This document shows, piece by piece, positions 38,670 to 48,663 of a stretch of 64,000 nucleotides of DNA. Origin of the DNA: an uncultured Tenacibaculum sp. (GTDB lineage Bacteria; Bacteroidota; Bacteroidia; Flavobacteriales; Flavobacteriaceae); NCBI RefSeq assembly GCF_947499065.1, contig NZ_CANMMT010000002.1, positions 59,313 to 123,312 of the forward strand, given 5' to 3'. Made by a program: the position numbers and the translations under genes. The notes below the pieces were generated by a model that did not search any database, was not told where the DNA came from, and was given only the letters and a program-made list of their open reading frames with translations. Positions within the stretch are counted from its first letter, which is position 1, and every line of letters begins with the position of its first letter.

Positions 38670-40580
38670 TTATTTAATTAACTCGTAGCTGCGTTTAATA
38701 AAGTTTGTTAATTCTTCACCGTGTAACAAGTTTTGAGATAATTTAGCTAAATCAAATGCTTGAGTAGTTAGACGCTTTTGGTCTTCTTCGCTAGCGTTTA
38801 AGATATCAGAAATTAATGGGTGATTTGTGTTTACAATTAAATTGTACATTTCTGGTAAATTACCCATTCCCATCATTCCTCCACCTCCAGAAGCTTGCAT
38901 CTCTTTCATACGACGCATAAATTCTGGTACTGTAATTAAGAATGGAGAACTAGAAGAATCCATTGATTCTAACTGAACTGTATAACTTGAATTGTTTACA
39001 GCTCCTTCGATAACTGGCTTTAATTTCTCTTTTTCTTCATCAGAAAGTTTAGAAATAACTGTGTCATCTTTTTTGATTAAGTTATCAATGTGATCAGCAT
39101 CTACACGAGTAAATTGAACTTTTGTATCACCAGAAGTTTCTAATTTTTGCATTAAATGCGATACGATAGGAGAATCTAATAATAAAACTTCATATCCTTT
39201 TGCTTTTGCATCTTGAATATAAGAGTGCTGAGCATCTTTATTAGCTGCATATAAAATTACATGGTTTCCATCTTTATCAGTTTGAGCATCTTTTGTTTTT
39301 TCGATTAACTCATCAAAAGTGAAAAATGTATCATCTACAGTTGGGTATAAGGCGAACTTTTTAGCTTTATCGAAGAATTTCTCTTCAGATAACATTCCGT
39401 ATTCGATAATCACTTTAATGTCGTTCCATTTTTTCTCAAAATCCTCACGGTCTTTTTTGAATAATGAACTTAATTTATCAGCCACCTTTTTAGTAATGTA
39501 ACCAGAGATTTTCTTAACAGCTCCATCAGCTTGTAAATAAGAACGAGATACGTTTAATGGAATGTCTGGAGAATCGATAACTCCTTTTAACATTTGTAAG
39601 AAATCTGGTACAATTCCTTCTACGTTATCTGTTACAAAAACTTGGTTTTGATATAATTGAATTTTATCCTTTTGCATATCTAAGTTTTGAGATAACTTAG
39701 GGAAGAATAAAATTCCAGTTAAATTAAATGGATAATCTACGTTTAAGTGAATGTGGAATAAAGACTCCTCGAATTGCATTGGATACAATTCTCTGTAGAA
39801 ATTAGTATAATCTTCAGCTTCTAAATCAGCAGGCTTTTTAGTCCAAGCTGGATTTGTATTGTTGATAATGTTATCAACTTCAATTTGTTTATGTGGCTCA
39901 GTAGTTTCTTTACCTTCCGCATCAGTTGTAGTTTGAGGCGTAAAATCTGGATCGTTAACTTTCTTTGTTCCAAATTTAATTGGCACTTGGTTAAAACGGT
40001 TGTACTTGTTTAATAAACCTGAGATTTTACTTTCTTCTAGAAATTCAGTAGAATCGTCAGCAATGTGTAAGATAATTTCTGTACCTCTATCTGCTTTGTT
40101 GTGCTCAACTAAAGTAAACTCAGGAGAACCATCACAAGTCCAGTGAGCAGCTGGTTCATCTTTAAAAGATTTTGTAATTAATTCAACTTTATCAGCTACC
40201 ATAAAAGCTGAGTAAAAACCTAAACCAAAGTGACCAATTACACCAGTTTCGTTTTTATCGTCTTTATATTTATCTAAGAACTCTTCAGCTCCTGAAAATG
40301 CAATTTGATTAATATATTTTTCAACCTCATCAGCTGTCATACCTAAACCTTGATCTTTAATAGTTAAAGTTTTGGCATCTTTATCAATACTGATTTCAAT
40401 TTTAGCATTACCTAATTCAGTCTTAGCCTCACCAATTGAAATAAGGTGTTTTAACTTTGTTGTTGCGTCAGTTCCGTTAGAAATTAACTCACGTAAGAAG
40501 ATTTCGTGATCAGAATACAAGAATTTTTTAATCAGTGGAAATATATTTTCTACCGATACATTAATGTTTCCTTTGCTCAT
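38670..40580 (-). CDS. htpG: Chaperone HtpG (Hsp90)
   Basis: LYSDHEIFLRELISN, IGHFGLGFYSAF, DSPDIPLNVSRSYLQ. Confidence 0.98.
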   Translation of the reverse strand: MSKGNINVSVENIFPLIKKFLYSDHEIFLRELISNGTDATTKLKHLISIGEAKTELGNAKIEISIDKDAKTLTIKDQGLGMTADEVEKYINQIAFSGAEEFLDKYKDDKNETGVIGHFGLGFYSAFMVADKVELITKSFKDEPAAHWTCDGSPEFTLVEHNKADRGTEIILHIADDSTEFLEESKISGLLNKYNRFNQVPIKFGTKKVNDPDFTPQTTTDAEGKETTEPHKQIEVDNIINNTNPAWTKKPADLEAEDYTNFYRELYPMQFEESLFHIHLNVDYPFNLTGILFFPKLSQNLDMQKDKIQLYQNQVFVTDNVEGIVPDFLQMLKGVIDSPDIPLNVSRSYLQADGAVKKISGYITKKVADKLSSLFKKDREDFEKKWNDIKVIIEYGMLSEEKFFDKAKKFALYPTVDDTFFTFDELIEKTKDAQTDKDGNHVILYAANKDAQHSYIQDAKAKGYEVLLLDSPIVSHLMQKLETSGDTKVQFTRVDADHIDNLIKKDDTVISKLSDEEKEKLKPVIEGAVNNSSYTVQLESMDSSSSPFLITVPEFMRRMKEMQASGGGGMMGMGNLPEMYNLIVNTNHPLISDILNASEEDQKRLTTQAFDLAKLSQNLLHGEELTNFIKRSYELIK

Positions 40581-40664
40581 AATTATATATTTTGTTTGAT
40601 ATTATTTTCTGATAATTGATTAGTCAAAAAAAATACCAAAACTGTTCTTGTGACAAGATGACAT

Positions 40665-40697
40665 AAAAAACGCCAACTTAAAATGTTGGCGTTTTTT
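40665..40697 (-). terminator. Terminator of the GH109 gene
   Basis: aaaaaacgccaac/gttggcgtttttt. Confidence 0.85.
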
Positions 40698-40720
40698 AAA
40701 TTTATATAATTTCTAGTTTT

Positions 40721-42112
40721 TTAAATGTTTCGTAACATTTCAGTTGTGTTTTTATTTTTCCATGTTCCACCTGTAAAATCTGGTACTTTAACAGATGAGC
40801 TATTTTGTGCGACAGATAATTCAGATAGGGGAGTTATAGAACTCCATAAAACACTATCATATACGTTGATGTCTAAAGGTAATCCTTTGTTTAAACATTT
40901 AATTAGGCGATAAATCATTACAAAATCCATTCCTCCATGTCCTACAGAGTTATCAGAAATTTGAGTTTTTAGTTTATCCCATAAAGGATGATTGTATTTT
41001 TCTCGATACTCATTGTATTTCTCTTTATCAAGCCATTTATGTCCCCACCATGCCAATTCATCTTCATTAATATAAAGTTTAGAAGGATAGCCTTCGTGTA
41101 CAGCTTTTGTTCCTACAACTGTATTTAGTCTGTCATAAGGTCTACCAGAATGTACATCAAACTGTAGCATGATACTTTTACCTAACTTGGTTTTTATCAT
41201 GGTAGTATTCATATCTCCACACTTAACGTTTGAAAATTTATTGATTCCAGCACGTTTTGCAGCATCGCTTAAACTTTTTTCTCGAGAACTCATAGATACT
41301 ACATGATCATAAGTATCTCCGCGCCCAATATCCATATATTGACTTATAGGGCCTAAACCATGAGTGGTATAAAAATTACCATCTTTATTTAAATGATGTT
41401 TAATTCTCCATTGATTCTCATAATATTTTTCATCGAGTAGGTGTTTACGTAAATCATGTATATAAGCTCCTTCAGCATGTGTTAAATCGCCAAAAACTCC
41501 TTGATTAATCATATTTAAAACCCAAAGTTCTTCTCCATTAAAACAGCAGTTTTCCATCATCATACAATGTTTCTGGGTACGTTCTGTGGTTTCAATTATT
41601 TTCCAACAATCTTCAAGAGTATAAGCTATAGGAACTTCACAAGCAACATGTTTGCCTTTTTCCATTCCATAAATAGCCATAGGAGTATGTAATTCCCACG
41701 GAGTAGCAATGATTAATAAATCAATATCATCTCTGTCTACTAATTTTTTCCACTCATTAGGATTTCCATAATAAGCTTGTGCAGTTTTACTATGTGTTTT
41801 TTGTAAATGTTCGTTTAGTTTATCGGTTTTTTCTTTTCGTAAGTCTGAAACAGCTACAATTTCTGCATCATTATTTTTTATCAACCAATCAAACATTTGT
41901 ATTAAAACCTGCCCTCGATTTCCGCAGCCTATAATTCCAACTTTAACCTTATCTATTTTGGGAGCTGTTAAGCCAAAAGCTGTTCCTTTTGCTTTTGAAT
42001 TGGATAATGAGATTGTTTTTTCTTCAATTTCGTTTTTACAAGAAATAGCTGATGATAGGCCTAAAAATACAGCAGCTTTGGTTGAAAGGGACAAAAAGTC
42101 TTTTCTATTCAC
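40721..42112 (-). CDS. GH109 NAD+-dependent alpha-N-acetylgalactosaminidase-like protein (Gfo/Idh/MocA fold), Tat lipoprotein
   Basis: GTG start, NRKDFL...ISC signal, MMENCC, HAEGAYIHDLR, YTTHGLGP, GHGGMD. Confidence 0.88.
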   Translation of the reverse strand: MNRKDFLSLSTKAAVFLGLSSAISCKNEIEEKTISLSNSKAKGTAFGLTAPKIDKVKVGIIGCGNRGQVLIQMFDWLIKNNDAEIVAVSDLRKEKTDKLNEHLQKTHSKTAQAYYGNPNEWKKLVDRDDIDLLIIATPWELHTPMAIYGMEKGKHVACEVPIAYTLEDCWKIIETTERTQKHCMMMENCCFNGEELWVLNMINQGVFGDLTHAEGAYIHDLRKHLLDEKYYENQWRIKHHLNKDGNFYTTHGLGPISQYMDIGRGDTYDHVVSMSSREKSLSDAAKRAGINKFSNVKCGDMNTTMIKTKLGKSIMLQFDVHSGRPYDRLNTVVGTKAVHEGYPSKLYINEDELAWWGHKWLDKEKYNEYREKYNHPLWDKLKTQISDNSVGHGGMDFVMIYRLIKCLNKGLPLDINVYDSVLWSSITPLSELSVAQNSSSVKVPDFTGGTWKNKNTTEMLRNI

Positions 42113-42208
42113 AATGAGTTGATTAGTGTTAGTTGTAAAAATATCAATAAATTGCTACTTTTACAAGCTGTAAATTTGCTAACAATTTAAAAAATCAACA
42201 TAAAAATT

Positions 42209-43219
42209 ATGTATAGTTCAAAAATAACGGGGTTAGGGTATTATGTTCCAGAGAATGTAGTTACTAATGAAGATTTAAAACAATGGATGGATACTAGTGA
42301 CGAGTGGATTCAGGAAAGAACTGGTATTAAAGAACGTCGTTGGATTGACCCAAAAACATCTGATGATTCTACTTCTGTTATGGGAGCTAAGGCTGCTAAG
42401 ATTGCCATAGAAAGAGCTGGATTGACAAAAGATGATATCGACTTTATCATTTTTGCTACTTTAAGTCCTGAATTATATTTTCCAGGAGGTGGAGTACAAA
42501 TACAAGACTTACTTGATATGCCTACAATTGGAGCATTAGATGTACGTAATCAATGTTCTGGTTTTATATACTCTTTATCTGTTGCAGATCAGTTTATTAA
42601 AACTGGTATGTATAAAAATATATTAGTTATTGGTTCTGAAAACCATTCTGGTGGTTTAGAGCGTTCTACACGTGGTAGAGGAGTAACGGTGATTTTTGGT
42701 GATGGAGCTGGAGCTGCTGTTCTTTCTCGTAGTGAAGAAGAAGGAAAAGGAATTTTATCTTCTCATTTACATTCTGAAGGAAAGCATGCGAAAGAATTGG
42801 TGTTAGAAGGACCTTCTACTGGACGTTGGGTACCAGAAATTTTAGAGAAAAATGATCCAGATGATGTTTCTTATTATCCATATATGAATGGTCAGTTTGT
42901 ATTTAAGCATGCTGTAGTTCGTTTTTCTGAAGCAATTGTTGAAGGTTTACAAGCAAATGGATTGCAAAAAGAAGACATTGATATGTTAATTCCTCACCAA
43001 GCTAATTTACGTATAGCGCAGTTTATTCAAAAGAAGTTCCAGCTTTCTGATGATAAGGTGTATAATAATATCATGAAATATGGTAACACTACAGCTGCTT
43101 CTGTTATTATTGCTTTAACTGAAGCTTGGGAAAAAGGTAAAATAAAAGATAATGATTTAGTAGTATTAGCTGCCTTTGGTAGTGGATTTACTTGGGGATC
43201 TGTTGTGATTCGTTGGTAG
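42209..43219 (+). CDS. fabH: 3-oxoacyl-ACP synthase III
   Basis: WIQERTGIKERR, NQCSGF, FGDGAGA, PHQANLRI, YGNTTAAS; TAAATTTG promoter at 42171. Confidence 0.94.
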   Translation: MYSSKITGLGYYVPENVVTNEDLKQWMDTSDEWIQERTGIKERRWIDPKTSDDSTSVMGAKAAKIAIERAGLTKDDIDFIIFATLSPELYFPGGGVQIQDLLDMPTIGALDVRNQCSGFIYSLSVADQFIKTGMYKNILVIGSENHSGGLERSTRGRGVTVIFGDGAGAAVLSRSEEEGKGILSSHLHSEGKHAKELVLEGPSTGRWVPEILEKNDPDDVSYYPYMNGQFVFKHAVVRFSEAIVEGLQANGLQKEDIDMLIPHQANLRIAQFIQKKFQLSDDKVYNNIMKYGNTTAASVIIALTEAWEKGKIKDNDLVVLAAFGSGFTWGSVVIRW

Positions 43220-43242
43220 TTAGCTAATTAAATTTAAAAATA

Positions 43243-43273
43243 AAAAAACCGAAGTTTCAAACTTCGGTTTTTT
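43243..43273. terminator. Bidirectional terminator between fabH and the OMP gene
   Basis: aaaaaaccgaagt/acttcggtttttt. Confidence 0.85.
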
Positions 43274-43279
43274 GTTTTG

Positions 43280-45664
43280 TTAAAACATACCTCCTTGAGA
43301 TTCGTTATCATCTCTATATTTTCTACCTTTTCTTTTGTTTTTACTACTTCCAAAGTTGTATGAAAAGCCTAGATATATTGAATCGTATTCTAAAATATAT
43401 TTTCCTTTTTGATTGAATGGATTATTAGTAGTGTAATCAAAATTAACGTTATTGAAAATATCTGTACCTCTAAGACTAATTTTTCCTTTTCCATCAAATA
43501 CTTTTAATCGAGCACCAATATTTATCATTGTATATGGTTGAACAGTATATTGAATATTTTCACTTTTACCTCTATAAATTGTAGAAAACTGAAAACTTAG
43601 TTTTTTAGAAGCTTTAAAAGAGTTGCTAATTCTAGCTTTTGTTATTGTATTTTTGATTGTTTCAAATTGATTATTTAATATACCTTGAGAATCTTGAATA
43701 TAGGTTTCAAAAGAAGGTCTTAAAGTCCACCATTTTATAGGTTTGAAACTACCTGAAAGTTCTACTCCATAGCTGTCAGCAAAATCATAATTGGTAAAAG
43801 AAGAAATTGATTTGTCAGGATTTAGAGCATCTCTTTCAAGAATTCTTCCAATTTTATCATTTGTTCTTCTATAGAAAGAACCCAAAGAAATATATCCTTT
43901 GGTAATTGTTTTAGTATAGTTTAATTCTATGGAATTAGTAAATTGAGGAGTTAGATTTCTATTTCCCCTAGCAATAGTTAAAGGAGAAGCCCATTCTTGA
44001 ATAGGAGTTACTTGATATGCCGAAGGGCGATCAACTCTTCTGCTATAGGCTAGCTGTATATTATCTTTTTCGCTAAGAGAATAGTTTATCGAAGCTGAAG
44101 GATAAATATTGAAGAGATTATCTTTTAAATTCGTATTTCCTTGGTTAGTATTGAAAAATGAAGCGTCTAAATTAAATTGCTCAACTCTAATACCGATTTG
44201 AAATGTAATTTTTTCATATTCTTTATTAAAATTGAAGTACCCAGAATAAATTGAACGATCATAATCTAAAGAGGTGTTTCCAATAGGTTGTAATATAGGA
44301 GTACTAGTTGTTTGTACTTCTTGATCGGTTATTATTTTGTTATAAAAATTTTGCTTTCTATATTCCAAACCAAATTCGATTTTACCAGATTCAATAGGCA
44401 TAGTATAATCGATGTTGAACAACCAAAGTTTTCTAGTATCTACTATATCGTTGGTGTAATTGTTTTCTTTAGAACTACTGTCAATCGATTCGGAATTGAT
44501 TGAGTTTTCTGGGTTGTTTGTACTAGAATAATTAAACTCTAATTCTAAATTTTGCCCTTTTTTATCAAAATTATATACGTAATCAATATTATATGTTTCG
44601 TCTTTTTGTTTGTATTTTGAAAAACGTTGATTGTTAAATTGTATATTAGAATTTTGAGTTACGAGTGTATTTGTAGCTAAACTGTTATTATCAAAATTTT
44701 GGTCAGTGTAAAGAGATAGTATGCTTTTGGAGTTTAAATTTATATCTACACCAAATTTAAAAAAATGACTGCTAGAGTTGTTTAAAAAGTCAATACCTTG
44801 TAACAAATCTTTATCTGTTCTTTGTAGGTTGTTGAATGTTTCATAATCTCCCCAACTAGCACTATAATTTGTGTAAAAATTAGTTATACCTGTTTTATAA
44901 TTTGTAGTTAAAGCAATATCTGTTCTTGTATTTTTACTATGTGTAAGACCTGAAGAAATATTCCCATTAAAGCCAATTTTAGTATTCTTTTTAAGAATTA
45001 TATTAATAATACCACTCATTCCTTCAGGATTGTATTTAGAAGAGGGATTGGTTATTATTTCAATGCTTTTTACTGAACTGGAAGGAAGTTGTTTTAAAAG
45101 TTGTTCGGTATTAATGTTTGAAGGTTTTCCGTTTATTAAAACACTAACATTTTCATTACCTCTAAGACTCACTGTACCAGAAAGATGATCTATGTCAACA
45201 GAAGGGATATTCTCTAACATTTCCAAAGAGCTAGCTCCTGTAGCTATTAGGTCGTTATTTACATTGATTATTTTTCTATCGATTTTTTGGACTACTGTAG
45301 AAGATTCTGCTTGTATTTCAACTTCATTTAGTTGGTTGTTGTTTTCTTGTAAATATATAGCACCTATATTGTATTTTATATCCTTCTCGGTTAAATCAAT
45401 ACTTTTAACTAAGGTTTTGTATCCTATAAACTGAAAACTTAAAAATAGTTTGGTTTTTGGAAGTTTAGATAAAGTAAAATATCCTTTATCATTAGTTATG
45501 GAACCTGTAATTATAGTACCATTTTCAGATTTACAAGTGATAGTTGCATAAGGTATACTAACCTTGTTTTTGGAATTTATAACTTTACCAGTAATTTCTT
45601 GTTTTTGCGCATAATTACTAATTGCTATGACAGCAAAAAGTATCGTTAATAACAATTTTTTCAT
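43280..45664 (-). CDS. TonB-dependent-like outer-membrane beta-barrel protein (OMP_b-brl_3 type), paralog 2
   Basis: Signal peptide, CarboxypepD_reg-like domain, IELITNPSSKYNPEGMSGIINI-type plug, YSRRVDRP. Confidence 0.9.
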   Translation of the reverse strand: MKKLLLTILFAVIAISNYAQKQEITGKVINSKNKVSIPYATITCKSENGTIITGSITNDKGYFTLSKLPKTKLFLSFQFIGYKTLVKSIDLTEKDIKYNIGAIYLQENNNQLNEVEIQAESSTVVQKIDRKIINVNNDLIATGASSLEMLENIPSVDIDHLSGTVSLRGNENVSVLINGKPSNINTEQLLKQLPSSSVKSIEIITNPSSKYNPEGMSGIINIILKKNTKIGFNGNISSGLTHSKNTRTDIALTTNYKTGITNFYTNYSASWGDYETFNNLQRTDKDLLQGIDFLNNSSSHFFKFGVDINLNSKSILSLYTDQNFDNNSLATNTLVTQNSNIQFNNQRFSKYKQKDETYNIDYVYNFDKKGQNLELEFNYSSTNNPENSINSESIDSSSKENNYTNDIVDTRKLWLFNIDYTMPIESGKIEFGLEYRKQNFYNKIITDQEVQTTSTPILQPIGNTSLDYDRSIYSGYFNFNKEYEKITFQIGIRVEQFNLDASFFNTNQGNTNLKDNLFNIYPSASINYSLSEKDNIQLAYSRRVDRPSAYQVTPIQEWASPLTIARGNRNLTPQFTNSIELNYTKTITKGYISLGSFYRRTNDKIGRILERDALNPDKSISSFTNYDFADSYGVELSGSFKPIKWWTLRPSFETYIQDSQGILNNQFETIKNTITKARISNSFKASKKLSFQFSTIYRGKSENIQYTVQPYTMINIGARLKVFDGKGKISLRGTDIFNNVNFDYTTNNPFNQKGKYILEYDSIYLGFSYNFGSSKNKRKGRKYRDDNESQGGMF

Positions 45665-45701
45665 ATTCGGGGAACTAATTTTATTAGAAAGCTAAATATA
45701 T

Positions 45702-45740
45702 AAAAAAACCAAGGTAATATAATATTACCTTGGTTTTTTT
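45702..45740 (-). terminator. Terminator between the two OMP paralogs
   Basis: aaaaaaaccaaggtaat/attaccttggttttttt. Confidence 0.88.
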
Positions 45741-45757
45741 ATACAGTAGTTAGTTGC

Positions 45758-48205
45758 TTAGAAGAAACCTCCGCCTCCTTGCTTTTCATTACTGTCTCTT
45801 CTTCTGCGTTGTTTTGCTTTATTTTTTCCACCTCCAAATCGGTAGTTGAAACCTAAGAAAGTAGTTCTACTTTCCCATTTAAAACGTCCGTTTTGTGTAA
45901 ATGGATTGTCTGAGTTGAATTGAAATCTCATAGTATTGAAGATATCATTTACTCTAAAGCTAATATTTCCTTTTCCTTTAAATACACTATAATTAGCTCC
46001 TATGTTAACCATTTTCATTGGGTCAACATTCCATTGAATATCTTTAACTCTACCTCTATACATTGCAAATAACTGTAATCTAAGTTTTTTACTAACAGTA
46101 AAGCTGTTGCTAATACGAGCATTGAATACTTCATTTTTAACTTCTATTCTATTAGCAGTTGGATTCGTTAAATTAGTTGTCCCAAATTGCTTTTGAGAGT
46201 AGAAATCCATACTTGCATTGGCACGCCACCATTTTGCAATTCTATAGTTTGCAGAAAGCTCTAATCCGTATGCATCTGTATCATCAAAGTTTCTAAAAGT
46301 TAATAACTGAGCTTTTGGGTTTACATTATCAGCATCTAGAGTTGTAACTCTATTAATAACATCAGTAATGTTTCTATAGAAACTACCTAAAGTAATTGAC
46401 CCTCCTTTAACTTTTCTTGTATAGTTAAACTCTACAGAGTTTGTAAACTGAGGTACTAACGTTGGTTCTCCTTTAGATGTAATAAGTGGTGTACTCCATT
46501 CTCTGATAGGATTCACTTGTTGAATACTTGGTCTATCAACACGCTTACTATAACTTAATTGGAATTGATTTTTCTCAGTTGGATTAAATGTAAAGAAGGC
46601 AGATGGATATACAGTGAATATTTCATCTGTAACTTTTTTAGTTGTAGGAACACCATTTTCTAATCCATTAAAATCTCCTTTAATATTGTACTGTTCTAAT
46701 CTAGCTCCTAATTGCATAGTTACTTTTCCAAACTTATGACTATAATTAACGTAACCAGAATAGATATCTCTATCATATGTGAACGATGAGTTTCCTAAGT
46801 CAACAAAACTAATGGGTGTAGTACTTGTATCAGCACGTTGTTGATCGGTTAAATTTACATTATCTGTTGAATTGAATCTATATTCTAAACCTAACTCTAA
46901 TTTACCCTTTTTAGAAACAGGGTTGGTATAGTCAAGATTAATTAAAGTATTCTTTCGATTATTATTGATATCATTAAAGTAATTTAATGTACGATCAGTA
47001 GGGGCTAATAGATCTATATTTTTTAATAATTGAGGAGACTTATTAATTGAATATGTTGCTTCAAACTCAATGTTGTGCCCTTCTTTTTCGAAGTCTCTTT
47101 TAAAGTTTACATTATAAGTTTGATTATGGCTATCAGATACTTGTGTGTTTGGGGCGTTGTTAGTTAATGTATTGGCGTTGTTAAAAATTAAAGAACGCCC
47201 AGAAGCATTACTATCAAACCAGTTCTGAGTAGTGTAAAAAGAAAGAGTATTCTTTTCATTTAAATATACATCAGCACCAAATTTTAATAAATGAGATTCA
47301 TTATCATTTACAAAAATGAAGTCTTGAAGATTTGTTTCGTTTCTAACAAACCCAAAATTATATCTCTCTCCAGTTCTAAATCCGTAGTTACCGAAGAAAT
47401 TAACCTTTCCTGTTTTATAGTTCATGTTAGTACCAACATTATAACGAACATAATGCCCAGCTTCAAGTCCAGTATTAACAGAACCATTGAATCCCATGTT
47501 TGCATTTTTGTTTAATACGATATTAATAATACCACTCATTCCCTCTGGGTTGTATTTTGCTGAAGGGTTGGTAATCAATTCAACACTTTTTATCGATGTA
47601 GAAGGTATTTGCTTTAATAATTGAGCTGCAGGAATATTTGTTGGTCTTCCATCTACTAATACACGTACGTTTTCGTTACCACGTAAGCTAATGTTACCAC
47701 TTTGACTATCTACACTTACAGATTGTACATTGTTTAATAATTCTGAAGCAGTAGCTCCTGCAGAAGTTAAATCTTTTCCTACATTAATTACTTTCCTATC
47801 TACTTTTTGAGTAACAGATGATGTTTCAGCTCTAACCTCAACTTCATCTAAAGTGGTAGAATCTTCTGTTAAAGGAATAGTTCCTAAGTTAATTTTTCTT
47901 CTTTTATTGTTTATAAGAATTGGTTTGCTAACAGTTTTGTATCCAATAAATTGAACTTCTACAATATTTTTACCTTCTGGAATGTTTTTTATTGAAAAAG
48001 TACCATTATCATTAGTAATTCCTCCTGTTAAAATTTTGTTGGCAGTATCTTTGATTATTATATTTACGTAAGGAAGTGGTTCTTTTGTTGTTTGGTCAAC
48101 GACTTTACCAGAAACGGAACCTGGTTTTGGTAATTTACTTTTGGGCATTTGTGCAAATAAATTAACACTAAATACTGTTAAAAGTATAAGTAATATGTTT
48201 CTCAT
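45758..48205 (-). CDS. TonB-dependent-like outer-membrane beta-barrel protein (OMP_b-brl_3 type), paralog 1
   Basis: Same architecture: VELITNPSAKYNPEGMSGIINI, YSKRVDRP, GFNYRFG. Confidence 0.92.
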   Translation of the reverse strand: MRNILLILLTVFSVNLFAQMPKSKLPKPGSVSGKVVDQTTKEPLPYVNIIIKDTANKILTGGITNDNGTFSIKNIPEGKNIVEVQFIGYKTVSKPILINNKRRKINLGTIPLTEDSTTLDEVEVRAETSSVTQKVDRKVINVGKDLTSAGATASELLNNVQSVSVDSQSGNISLRGNENVRVLVDGRPTNIPAAQLLKQIPSTSIKSVELITNPSAKYNPEGMSGIINIVLNKNANMGFNGSVNTGLEAGHYVRYNVGTNMNYKTGKVNFFGNYGFRTGERYNFGFVRNETNLQDFIFVNDNESHLLKFGADVYLNEKNTLSFYTTQNWFDSNASGRSLIFNNANTLTNNAPNTQVSDSHNQTYNVNFKRDFEKEGHNIEFEATYSINKSPQLLKNIDLLAPTDRTLNYFNDINNNRKNTLINLDYTNPVSKKGKLELGLEYRFNSTDNVNLTDQQRADTSTTPISFVDLGNSSFTYDRDIYSGYVNYSHKFGKVTMQLGARLEQYNIKGDFNGLENGVPTTKKVTDEIFTVYPSAFFTFNPTEKNQFQLSYSKRVDRPSIQQVNPIREWSTPLITSKGEPTLVPQFTNSVEFNYTRKVKGGSITLGSFYRNITDVINRVTTLDADNVNPKAQLLTFRNFDDTDAYGLELSANYRIAKWWRANASMDFYSQKQFGTTNLTNPTANRIEVKNEVFNARISNSFTVSKKLRLQLFAMYRGRVKDIQWNVDPMKMVNIGANYSVFKGKGNISFRVNDIFNTMRFQFNSDNPFTQNGRFKWESRTTFLGFNYRFGGGKNKAKQRRRRDSNEKQGGGGFF

Positions 48206-48300
48206 TTTGTTTGTTTTTGAATTGTTTAGATGCCTAATAGACTATTTGTCGATTACTTTTGTTACTTCCTTTAACAGAGTTTAACTTATTATTAACAACT

Positions 48301-48663
48301 ATGGATAAAACAACTTTAATTATTGGAGCATCATTAAATCCTAACAAGTATTCTAATATTGCACTTAAAAGATTAGATGATAAAGAAATAAAAATACATG
48401 CCATTGGGGCTAGAGAAGGAAGAGTAAATGATGTCAATATTACAACAGAGAAAACATCACTTGATAATATTGATACCGTTACAATGTATTTGAATCCTAA
48501 AAGACAGGAAGAATATTACGATTATGTGTTAGGGTTAAATCCTAGAAGGGTAATATTCAACCCAGGTACAGAGAATTTTGAATTTTCAAAAATATTAAAA
48601 GAGAAAGGAATTAAATCAGAAATAGCATGTACATTGGTTTTGTTATCAACCAATCAATATTAA
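48301..48663 (+). CDS. CoA-binding protein (YccU-like)
   Basis: TLIIGASLNP.KYS, IDTVTMYL.P, RVIFNPGTEN, ACTLVLL; ATG at 48301. Confidence 0.9.
   Translation: MDKTTLIIGASLNPNKYSNIALKRLDDKEIKIHAIGAREGRVNDVNITTEKTSLDNIDTVTMYLNPKRQEEYYDYVLGLNPRRVIFNPGTENFEFSKILKEKGIKSEIACTLVLLSTNQY

Noticed and set aside
43280-48205. Possible SusC/SusD polysaccharide-utilisation locus
   Set aside because: No SusD, CAZyme or PUL regulator adjacent; plug and barrel motifs are of the OMP_b-brl_3 type
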